A stretch of DNA of 64,000 nt, taken from Myxococcales bacterium. Its GTDB lineage: Bacteria > Myxococcota_A > Polyangia > Haliangiales > Haliangiaceae. Below, piece after piece: positions 11,862 through 22,652 of this stretch; position 1 is the stretch's first letter, and every line of letters begins with the position of its first letter. Position numbers and translations under genes: made by a program. A model generated the notes under the pieces. The model did not search any database and was not told the origin of the DNA. It was given only the letters and a program-made list of their open reading frames with translations. The DNA is taken from assembly GCA_016794525.1 (NCBI GenBank), contig JAEUJY010000077.1, forward strand, positions 45,091-109,090. Direction: 5' to 3'.

Positions 11862-12946
11862 GCGTCGGCCGCGAACAGCGCGTGGATGTCGATCGACTCG
11901 AAGCCGGCCGGCGGGTCGCGATCGGGGCCGGGCGTCACTACCCAGCGCCGGCTCGCGCCCTCGAGCACCGGCCGCTGCTGCCGCACGTCGTCGACCGCGA
12001 GCAGCGGCGACTCGTACAGCACCTGGTACGCGGCGGGCAGCGCGGTGTGCGCGAGGTCGTCGTTGCGCACGACGTGGACGTTGGGCCACGCGCGGCGATC
12101 GACGAGCAGGTCCCACTCGTCGCGGGTGGCGCGCACCAGCAGCGGCAGCTCGCCCGCCAGCGCGGCCAGCCGCGGCAGCGCGAGGTCGTCGCGCAGCGCG
12201 CCGTGCAACGCCGCCTCGAGCTGACGCTGCAGCTCGAGGCCGGTGGCCACGACCGCGTCGTCGGGATCGAGCTGACCCAGCGCGCAGTCGGCGAGCGCGT
12301 CGAGCAGCGCCGCCAGCGCGGTCGGCGCCAGCGCCGGCCCCAGCGTGCGGGCCAGCCGCTGCTCGAGCGCGTGGCGGCTGTCGCGGTGGCGATCGGCGAG
12401 CGTCGCCATGCAGTCGACGACCGCGGCGACGACGCTGCGCACCGGCGCGGTGGCCTCGGGCTCGGCGTGGCGCAGCGCCAGCCGGGCGCGCAGCGTCAAC
12501 CGCCGCGGCCGGCCCCGCCGATCGGCGGCGGTGTCGGCCCGCTCGATGAACCCGGCCTCCTCGAGCGCCTCGAGCACCTTCGACACCGACGACTCGGGAG
12601 CGCCGAGCCGCTGCGCGATCGCGCGCGGCCGCACGACCTCCTGATCGATCGCCTCCAGCGTCTCGAGCCAGTGGCGGCGCGACCGCACCAGGTCGAGATC
12701 GGCGGCGACCTGATCGGTGCGCTCGCGCTCGCGCGCGAACCCGGTGACGACCATCTCGCACGCCGCGGTGAAGCCGCGGTGGAACTCGTCGGTCGCGGCG
12801 CGGCTGACCTGATCGATCTCGCGGCGCAGGGCGGGCAGGGCGGCCGGCGCCTGGGTCGCCAGGAGCCCGCCGATCTCGCGGCCCCCCGCGGCCACGCGGG
12901 CGCGGTCGGTGGAGAGAAGCAGCTTGCGAGCGGTGTCGTACGTCAT
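11858..12946 (-). CDS. Winged-helix (MarR/ArsR-like) domain protein with a large C-terminal domain of unknown function.
   Basis: ATG at 12946 with a GGAG upstream. wHTH segment IAQRLGAPESSVSKVLEALEEAGFIERADTAADRRGRPRRLTL. Coupled to the PRTase gene. Confidence 0.5.
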   Translation of the reverse strand: MTYDTARKLLLSTDRARVAAGGREIGGLLATQAPAALPALRREIDQVSRAATDEFHRGFTAACEMVVTGFARERERTDQVAADLDLVRSRRHWLETLEAIDQEVVRPRAIAQRLGAPESSVSKVLEALEEAGFIERADTAADRRGRPRRLTLRARLALRHAEPEATAPVRSVVAAVVDCMATLADRHRDSRHALEQRLARTLGPALAPTALAALLDALADCALGQLDPDDAVVATGLELQRQLEAALHGALRDDLALPRLAALAGELPLLVRATRDEWDLLVDRRAWPNVHVVRNDDLAHTALPAAYQVLYESPLLAVDDVRQQRPVLEGASRRWVVTPGPDRDPPAGFESIDIHALFAADA

Positions 12947-13007
12947 GGCCAACTCCAGGGACATGAACAGCTTGGGCCCTGGTGTAGCAAAGTGCAAGTA
13001 AAATGCT

Positions 13008-14375
13008 TCAGTCCACCTCGCCCCCTCCGAGATCGAATACAAACACCTTTGGTTCCGAGCATGTACGCTTGGTGACGGGCGGCGCGTCGGGGCGCCGGCT
13101 GCCCGGCCGGCCGAAGATCGCCGCGTGCTCGTCGGTCACCGCCGCGACCAGCGTGAACGCCTGCGGCACGTCGGCCAGGCGCTCGGCCAGCGTCTCGAAC
13201 GGGCGCGTCTTGGGGCTCATCGCCGGCACCAGCACGACGGTCGGCGCCAGCTCCTGCACCAGCGCCGCCACCCGCGCGTCGAGCGCGTCCTTGCAGATCA
13301 GCACCACCACCGCGTTGGCCGCGCTGATCAGCAGGTCGAAGCCCGCGGTCGCGTCGTCGGCGATCAGGTGCTCGTGGCGGCGCACCGCCGGTTCGCCGGG
13401 CGCGTCGCCGGCGTCCTCGAGGTGGAAGTCGGAGAACTTGTCGTGGGTGATCAGCTCGACGCCGCGGGCCAGCACGCGGCAGCGGTTGCGGCCCGGCGTC
13501 GCCGGCGCGGTGGCCTCGTGGAAGCTGCCGAGCGCGACCAGCGGCAGCGGCGCCAGGCGGCCGCTCGTCGTCAGCTCGTCGGCGAGCGCCTGGGTCGCGC
13601 ACAGCTCGGGCAAGACCAGCACGGTGGCCTGGCGCCGCACCGCCTCGTCGATGGCGTCGTGCAGCCGCGCGCGCTGGGCGGCCACGTCGCGCGGCGCGAC
13701 CTCGTAGAACAGCGGGCGGCCGCCGTGGTGGTAGCGCTGCCAGCAGAACTCGTCCTCGACGACGCGGTTGGTGACGGCGGCGGCGAAGCGCCACGCGGGC
13801 GCGACCGGGTCGAGGTGCGGCTCGGCCCAGCGCAGGCCGATGCGGAACCGCGCCACCTCGGGCGGCGCCAGCCGGAGCCGCGGCGTGCGATCGTCGAGCG
13901 GCGTCAGGTTGCCGGGCCGGCTGGTCGGCTGGCCGAGCGCGCGCAGCACCGCCTTCTGGGCCGGCGGCGGCAGCGTCGCGCTGGGGAACGCGATCACCGG
14001 CAGTGGATCGCCGACCTGCACGCGCGGCCGGCCGTCGCGGAAGAAGTCGATGAAGCGATGGCCGGCCCATGCGTCGAGGACGTGGGCGCCGATCAGCGCC
14101 GTCAGCCCCGGGCGCAGCCGGCTGATCGCCAGCGCCGCGGCCAGCCCGCTCAGCGCCTCGGCGTCGACGAACTCGGCGGGCGCCGGCAGCCGGTCCAGCA
14201 CCGCGGCGCGCACGCGATCGCTCTCGGGCGCGAGCGCCGCGTCGCGGAAGTCGGCGCTGGTCGCCGCCGGCGTGGCGTTGGCGACCCGCAGCAGCGCCGC
14301 GGTGACGTCGACGACGTGGGCCAGCTCGTCGAGCACGCACGGCATCAACGCAGCCCACCACCCGGCTTCGTCCAT
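13008..14375 (-). CDS. Protein with a C-terminal carbon-nitrogen-hydrolase (nitrilase superfamily)-like domain; N-terminal ~190 aa unknown.
   Basis: Internal ATG at about 14375 (MDEAGWW); the ORF-track N-terminus is an Arg-rich artefact. Candidate Glu/Lys/Cys motifs LVLPEL, HDKFSDF, VVLICKD. Confidence 0.4.
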   Translation of the reverse strand: MDEAGWWAALMPCVLDELAHVVDVTAALLRVANATPAATSADFRDAALAPESDRVRAAVLDRLPAPAEFVDAEALSGLAAALAISRLRPGLTALIGAHVLDAWAGHRFIDFFRDGRPRVQVGDPLPVIAFPSATLPPPAQKAVLRALGQPTSRPGNLTPLDDRTPRLRLAPPEVARFRIGLRWAEPHLDPVAPAWRFAAAVTNRVVEDEFCWQRYHHGGRPLFYEVAPRDVAAQRARLHDAIDEAVRRQATVLVLPELCATQALADELTTSGRLAPLPLVALGSFHEATAPATPGRNRCRVLARGVELITHDKFSDFHLEDAGDAPGEPAVRRHEHLIADDATAGFDLLISAANAVVVLICKDALDARVAALVQELAPTVVLVPAMSPKTRPFETLAERLADVPQAFTLVAAVTDEHAAIFGRPGSRRPDAPPVTKRTCSEPKVFVFDLGGGEVD

Positions 14376-14431
14376 CGCGCGATTGTACGATCGTCGCCGC
14401 GCCGGCGCGGTCACCCCGCCGGGGTGGGCGC

Positions 14432-15526
14432 TCAGAACAGCCGGGCCAGCACGTCGCCGGCGCGGGTGGCCTGGCCGCGCACCGCGCCCAGCGCGTCGAG
14501 CGCGCCGCGCACGTCGGACGCGCCGGCCAGCGCCCGGTCGAGCGCCTCGCGGCGCGGCTGCGAGATCGCGATCAGCTCGCAGCGCGCGTGGCCCTGCGCG
14601 GTGCAGCGCACCTCGCGCATCGCCAGCGGGCGGCCGGCGGCGTGGGCCAGGAGCGCGCGCACCACGCCGCCCAGCAGCTGGCAGCGCGGCTCGCTGCTGG
14701 CGCCCGACGCCTCGGCCAGCGCCGAGCGCTCGATCGTGATCAGCGCGACGCCGCGCGCGACCGCGGCCGGGCTGGTGACGTCGATGCGCACCTGGCCCCA
14801 GCCGTCCTGCTCGAGGTACTGGTGGATGAGGCCGATCGCCTCGTCGATCGGCAAGTCGGGCAGGCGCGTGTCGCGGGTCTCGAGCAGCTCGGCGTCGATG
14901 TCGATCGCCGCCAGCCGCCCCCAGCGCAGGCCCCACTCGCTCGCGAACAGGCTCCAGCCTTGGGGCGCGATCTTGTCCCAGGTCAGCCGCAGCGCGCGCA
15001 GCGCGGCGACCGGCAGCACGACGACGCGCTGCTCGCCGTCGTCGCGGCGGATGCCCAGCGCCTCCTCGCCCGGCACCAGCTCGGCCTGACGCGGCGCCGC
15101 GACGTCGGCGAACGCCGGCCGCGGCGGCCGGAACTTGAGGCGGTTGATGCAGACGTAGAACCGGCGCGGATCGGTGGAGCGCACCAGCTCGACCTCGACC
15201 TCCTGCGCGCCGAACTTGAAGTCGAACACGTAGGGGAAGCTGACCCGCGGTACGGCGCTGGTCGTGAACTGCAGGAACCGCCCCTTGAACTCAGGCGTCG
15301 CCGTGCACGGCGCGATGTCGCGGAAGAACGCGCGGCCCAGCACCTTGCTGCGATCGAGCCGCGCCAGCCGCGCCTCGGCCAGGTTGTAGCGGAGGATCGT
15401 GCCGCTCGCGTCCAGGCAGATCACCCCGAACGGCAGCTCGTCCAGCGCCGCGTCGTCGTAGCGATCGAGGGTGGCGAGATCGACGTTGCCGTCGTTCAGC
15501 GCCAGGGGCGGAGGCTCGGTCAGCAC
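14432..15526 (-). CDS. Photoactive yellow protein (PYP) domain fused to a C-terminal V4R domain; candidate blue-light photoreceptor.
   Basis: Residues ~25-130 align to PYP: LDELPFGVICLDASGTILRYNLAEA ... GRAFFRDIAPCTATPEFKGRF, with Tyr42, Glu46 and the chromophore-binding Cys69 (APC) conserved. C-terminus carries V4R signature SEPRCQLLGGVVRALL ... MREVRCTAQGHARCELIAI. Confidence 0.8.
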   Translation of the reverse strand: MLTEPPPLALNDGNVDLATLDRYDDAALDELPFGVICLDASGTILRYNLAEARLARLDRSKVLGRAFFRDIAPCTATPEFKGRFLQFTTSAVPRVSFPYVFDFKFGAQEVEVELVRSTDPRRFYVCINRLKFRPPRPAFADVAAPRQAELVPGEEALGIRRDDGEQRVVVLPVAALRALRLTWDKIAPQGWSLFASEWGLRWGRLAAIDIDAELLETRDTRLPDLPIDEAIGLIHQYLEQDGWGQVRIDVTSPAAVARGVALITIERSALAEASGASSEPRCQLLGGVVRALLAHAAGRPLAMREVRCTAQGHARCELIAISQPRREALDRALAGASDVRGALDALGAVRGQATRAGDVLARLF

Positions 15527-15557
15527 GCCGGCTTCGACGCTCGCGAGGCGAGGCGGG

Positions 15558-18329
<2,772 letters not shown>

Positions 18330-18501
18330 GGTAGCCCGCGGGCCGCACGCGCGTGTGTCACCCGTGCGGTGACAGTTGACACCGGATTGGCGACACCACG
18401 CGCGCGCCGGGTAAGCTCGCCGCGCCGACTGGTGGCCGCAGCCTTGCAGTGTCCAGGACCGAGTGAAGATCGCACGCCGACTCGCACAGGGAGCACCTCG
18501 C

Positions 18502-19674
18502 ATGCCAGCACGTCTCATTACGCGGGGAGCCGCGCTCAGCGCAGCCCTCGCGTCCACCGTTCTCGGGCTTCGCAGCGTCGAGGCCGCATGCAACAACTAC
18601 CGCTGCGGTAGCAACACGCCGATCCTCTGGGGGACCTTCGTTCGCGGGCTCAGCACTACCGGCGAGGCCAACGCCGAGCGGGTCGTGCTGCGGCCGGAGC
18701 TGATCCCGTCGGGCACCGGCACCTGCACCGGCACCGACATCAAGCTCACCTCGGTCGATGGGCGACTCATGGGCGTGCGCGACAAGGTCGAGGTGTGCGC
18801 CGACGCGGCGCTGGTCGGGTCCGCGTTCGACATGGACGTGCCGTACAAGGCGCTGACCATGCGCGTGCGCGTGCGCATCTCGGAGATCAAGACGGTGTCG
18901 ACCTGGGAGGTCGAGGGCGCGGTGGTGTTGCCGACGTATCGCTTCGAGGTCATCGCCAACGGCGCGATCGCGGCGCCGGGCGAGCCGCCACCCGACGGCG
19001 CGCGGCCGTTCGGGCCGGTGACGCCGTCGCCGCTGTGCCAGGAGACGCCGGGCTGGATGGAGGAGTGGCAGACCGACGGGCTGGTGCCGGTGCCGGTCGG
19101 CCCCACCGTCGGGTTCCTGCGCTACGAGAACCCCGAGGGCACCGTCGGCCAGCAGTGGCAGGTCGGCACCGACCACGCGCTGATCGTCAGCGGCGAGACG
19201 TACACCGAGACCGGCTCGTCGGCGGCGATCGGGCCGCAGTGGTTCCAGATCGCGTGCGCTGGCTCGGCGATCGCCAAGATGCGGCTGCTCGGCATCGATC
19301 CCTGGGAGTCGCGCGCCGTCGCGGGCGGGCTCACGACCGCGACGCTGAAGATGCTGGGCGCCCGCTACGGCGGCGACGTCGCGTTCACCAGGCCCGGCAT
19401 GGCGGTGCGCTGGGAGCGCTGGGACGCGCGGCGCTTCTACGGCGGGCCCGCGCGCGACCTCGCGCCCGGGCCGTCGGAGGCGACGTGGACCCGCAGCGGC
19501 GCGGCGTGCGTCGATCACCTGCGGCTGATGCGGGCGAGCCTCGGCGGCCGCTGGCTGACCTGGGTCGAGGGCATCGCGCTGGTGTCGCTGGCACGCGAGT
19601 ACCGCCTACGCCCGTGCCCCACTACCGCCCGCGCGGTGTGGACGACCACGACGGTCGATCACGTCGCGCACTGA
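18502..19674 (+). CDS. Secreted hypothetical protein.
   Basis: ATG at 18502 with AGGGAG upstream. Signal peptide MPARLITRGAALSAALASTVLGLRSVEAA. Confidence 0.5.
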   Translation: MPARLITRGAALSAALASTVLGLRSVEAACNNYRCGSNTPILWGTFVRGLSTTGEANAERVVLRPELIPSGTGTCTGTDIKLTSVDGRLMGVRDKVEVCADAALVGSAFDMDVPYKALTMRVRVRISEIKTVSTWEVEGAVVLPTYRFEVIANGAIAAPGEPPPDGARPFGPVTPSPLCQETPGWMEEWQTDGLVPVPVGPTVGFLRYENPEGTVGQQWQVGTDHALIVSGETYTETGSSAAIGPQWFQIACAGSAIAKMRLLGIDPWESRAVAGGLTTATLKMLGARYGGDVAFTRPGMAVRWERWDARRFYGGPARDLAPGPSEATWTRSGAACVDHLRLMRASLGGRWLTWVEGIALVSLAREYRLRPCPTTARAVWTTTTVDHVAH

Positions 19675-19739
19675 GCGCAGACCGATCGGCGCCGCGTTGA
19701 CGGCGATGACCCGCCGGCGCTACAGATGCCCGAGCCGAG

Positions 19740-20438
19740 ATGCCGCCGCCGACACCAGCCATGCACGCGCGGCGGCCGACCGGCCACGGCGGCTGGCGGC
19801 CGGGCGCGGGGCGGAAGAAGCGGCCGGGGTCGGATCCGCACCTGCCGCGCGCGCGGTTCGCGGGGGCGACGCCGGTGTACGTCACGGTGAAGCTGGCGGC
19901 CGACGCGCCGACGCTGCGCACGGCGGCGGTCGCGCGGGCGGTGTGGGCCGCGATCGAGGCCGGGCACTGCGCCGACTTCCGCGTCGTGCACTACGGCGTG
20001 TTCGGCGATCAGCTGCGCTTCGTCGTCGAGGCGTCCGGCACGCAGGCGCTCACGCGCGGCATGCAGGGGCTGAGCATCCGGCTCGCGCGAGCCATCAACG
20101 CGCAGCTGGGGCGCCGCGGCAAGCTGTTCGCGCAGCGCTACCAGGCGCGGCCGCTGCGCACGGCGGCGGCGGTGCGCGACGCGATCCGCGATGTCTTGCT
20201 CGGCGCCCGGCGCCCCATCAGCGCCGGCGGCGCCCGGCTCAAGCCCGGCGCGATCGATCCTCACTCGAGCGGGCTGTGGTTCGATGGCTGGAAGGCCGCG
20301 GCCCGCACCGACGTCGCGTGGCTGCGCGCCCTGGCCAAGGCCGGTCGCCCGACGGCGGCGCCGCGCACGGCGTTGCTCGCGCGCGGCTGGCGCACCGCGG
20401 GCGGGCCGCTCGACGTCGACGACGCGCCGCGGTCGTGA
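19740..20438 (+). CDS. IS200/IS605-like (Y1 HUH) transposase-like / REP-associated tyrosine transposase-like protein, probably degenerate.
   Basis: N-terminal GGWRPGAGRKKRPG. Beta-strand FRVVHYGVF. C-terminal LFAQRYQARPL...VRDAIRDV resembles the catalytic-Tyr helix of IS200/RAYT. No canonical HUH pair, and no flanking inverted repeats were seen. Confidence 0.3.
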   Translation: MPPPTPAMHARRPTGHGGWRPGAGRKKRPGSDPHLPRARFAGATPVYVTVKLAADAPTLRTAAVARAVWAAIEAGHCADFRVVHYGVFGDQLRFVVEASGTQALTRGMQGLSIRLARAINAQLGRRGKLFAQRYQARPLRTAAAVRDAIRDVLLGARRPISAGGARLKPGAIDPHSSGLWFDGWKAAARTDVAWLRALAKAGRPTAAPRTALLARGWRTAGGPLDVDDAPRS

Positions 20439-20442
20439 TCGC

Positions 20443-21996
20443 CTACGGCGCGGCCGGGTAGATGATCCGCGCGCGGACCGCGGTCATGTCGCGGTCGGGA
20501 TCGGTGGCGCTGCCGTCGCTCCAGGTGACGGCGACCGAGCGATCGGGGAGCCAGCCGATCGACGGGTCTTCCTGATCGCCGGCGGTGGTGGAGTTGACGG
20601 GCTGGGCGTCGCCGACGGGGGCGAGGTCGCCGTCGTAGCGGCGGAAGCGGATGCCGCAGCCGGCGCCGTCGCTGCCCTCGTTGCACGCCGACCAGGCGAC
20701 GCCGACGTCGGTGCCGTCGATGGCGAGGGCGGCGGGGCCGGACTCGGAGTCGTTGGTGACGATCACCGCGGCGCCGACGCCGGCGCCGGCGGCGGTGTAG
20801 CGGCGCAAGATCAGCTCGCCGTGATCGGCGGCGCCGCTGATGGTCTGGTGGCGGTAGAGCATGACCAGGTCGTTGCCGAGCCGGGCCAGCTGCGGCGGGC
20901 CGAGGCCGTCGCCGGGGTGGCTGGCGGCCAGCAGATCGGTCGGGCTCAGGGCGGCGCCGGTGGTGCCGTACAGCCGGCCACGGATGTCGCTGCCGACCCG
21001 CCACGCGAACGCCAGCGCCGAGCCGTTGCCGAGGGCCACGACCGCGGGCGTCTCGTCGTCGGTGCGCGTCGTCGTCGAGACGGTGAACGGATCGGGGGTG
21101 TTGGTGATCGGGTTGTTGATCGGCTGGCCGGTGGCCGACAGGAACCGCGCCTTGACCACGGTCTGGCCGGGCATCGCGCCGGTGTCGGTCCAGGCCACGA
21201 CGAAGCGGCCGTCAGGGAACACCGCGACCGCCGGCGTGCCCGGCGAGGTCGCCGTCGTCACCTGGGTCTCGATCGGCGTGACGTGGTTGCCGGCGGCGTC
21301 GATCACCACCGCGAACAGGTCGCCGAAGGTGGTCCACGCCGCCAGCGTGGTGCCGTTGCGATCGGTCACCATCGACGGCTCGTACCCGGTCTCGCCGTCG
21401 GTCTGGTTGATGTTGAACTGCCCGGTGCCGGCGGCGATGCCGGTGGTCACCGCGGTGCCGGTGGCGTCGTAGCGGCGGCCGAACACGTCGCAGCGCCCGA
21501 CCATCTGGCAGGTATCCGACCAGCCGATCGTGAACACGCCGTCGCTGCCGACCGCGAGCTGCCGGCCGCCGCCGTCGATCCGGAACGCCAGGTCCTGGCT
21601 GCCGACGTAGGTGGTGTTGACGACGAAGTCGTTGGGCTCGAGCAAGAGGTCGGCGTCGACGCGGCTGTCGGTGATCGGCACGACCAGCTGGCCGACGCCG
21701 CGGGCCAGGCCGCCGCCGTCCTTGGCCACCACGTCGATCGACAGGTCGCCGGTGCGGCCCGGGGTCTGGACGCTGAACGACATCGGGAACGACCGCCCCG
21801 ACACCGCGAAGGTCTCGCTCTGCGTCGAGCTATCGTTGGCCAGCACGACCGCCAGCTCGGTCACGTTGGTGACCGCCGGCCGCGCCTGCAGGTGCACGAC
21901 GATCACCGGCTCGTCGTTGCCGCACGCGCCCGCCAGCGCCCCGGCCACGACGGCGGCGGGACCCCAGAGCCAGGGGAGCGAACGAGGCGAGCGCAC
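20443..21996 (-). CDS. Lipoprotein with repeated beta-rich segments (hypothetical).
   Basis: Internal GTG start gives MRSPRSLPWLWGPAAVVAGALAGAC lipo-box. The ORF-track N-terminus (to 22626) is an artefact overlapping the next gene. Confidence 0.5.
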   Translation of the reverse strand: MRSPRSLPWLWGPAAVVAGALAGACGNDEPVIVVHLQARPAVTNVTELAVVLANDSSTQSETFAVSGRSFPMSFSVQTPGRTGDLSIDVVAKDGGGLARGVGQLVVPITDSRVDADLLLEPNDFVVNTTYVGSQDLAFRIDGGGRQLAVGSDGVFTIGWSDTCQMVGRCDVFGRRYDATGTAVTTGIAAGTGQFNINQTDGETGYEPSMVTDRNGTTLAAWTTFGDLFAVVIDAAGNHVTPIETQVTTATSPGTPAVAVFPDGRFVVAWTDTGAMPGQTVVKARFLSATGQPINNPITNTPDPFTVSTTTRTDDETPAVVALGNGSALAFAWRVGSDIRGRLYGTTGAALSPTDLLAASHPGDGLGPPQLARLGNDLVMLYRHQTISGAADHGELILRRYTAAGAGVGAAVIVTNDSESGPAALAIDGTDVGVAWSACNEGSDGAGCGIRFRRYDGDLAPVGDAQPVNSTTAGDQEDPSIGWLPDRSVAVTWSDGSATDPDRDMTAVRARIIYPAAP

Positions 21997-22061
21997 GATA
22001 ACCAGGCGAGCTAGGAGACTGTAACCGCTTGGACCCAGAGAGTAGCCGCGCTGTCGCTCGG

Positions 22062-22652
22062 CTAGTCGAAGACGACGTTGCCGAGATCGGTGGACGGGAG
22101 GCCGTCGTCGCGCAGGAGGAAGTAGCCACCTGCGCCAGCGCCGGCGACGGCGGCGATGCCGCCCCAGAACCACCAGCGAGTGTAGATCGGTTTGTCGCTG
22201 CCGCGCGCCGCGCGCTGGCGGGCCAGCTCGCGCTCGCGCTCGCGGTCGAGCTCGGCCTGGCGCTCGCGCTCGCGCTCCTCGGCCGCGGCCTGCCGCGCCT
22301 CGAGGTCGTCGATCAGCTTCTCGACGGCCTCGCGGTTGTCGGCGTCGGGCACCTCGCGCAGGTACTTGCGGAAGGCGAAGATCGCCTGGTCGTAGTGGTC
22401 GAGGTTGCGGTGCGCCTGGCCGATGTTGAACAAGAGCTTGGGCAGGGGCTTGGCCTCGTAGGCGGCCTCGAACTCGGCCAGCGCCTGATCGAACTTGCCC
22501 AGCGCGAACAGCTTGTCGCCCTTCGCGTAGTGCTTCTTGGCGTCGCGCGTGGCGGCGTCGTCGGCGCGCGCGGAGCCGATGCCCACGCCCACGCTCACCC
22601 CGAGCACCAGCGCGATCAGGGCGCACACCCCGACGGCGACCCGTCGGCTCAT
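22062..22652 (-). CDS. Small TPR-like membrane-anchored protein.
   Basis: ATG at 22652 overlaps the kinase stop (ATGA). Signal/TM MSRRVAVGVCALIALVLGV. TPR-like AKKHYAKGDKLFALGKFDQALAEFEAAYE. A charged ERERER linker precedes a C-terminal TM. Confidence 0.55.
   Translation of the reverse strand: MSRRVAVGVCALIALVLGVSVGVGIGSARADDAATRDAKKHYAKGDKLFALGKFDQALAEFEAAYEAKPLPKLLFNIGQAHRNLDHYDQAIFAFRKYLREVPDADNREAVEKLIDDLEARQAAAEERERERQAELDRERERELARQRAARGSDKPIYTRWWFWGGIAAVAGAGAGGYFLLRDDGLPSTDLGNVVFD

Noticed and set aside
9064-12549. 1161-aa plus-strand ORF.
   Set aside because: Antisense to three well-supported minus-strand genes (kinase, PRTase, wHTH). Arg/Gly/Ala-rich low-complexity translation typical of GC-rich antisense frames. 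No motifs.
20191-22014. 607-aa plus ORF.
   Set aside because: Antisense to the lipoprotein gene at 20443-21996.
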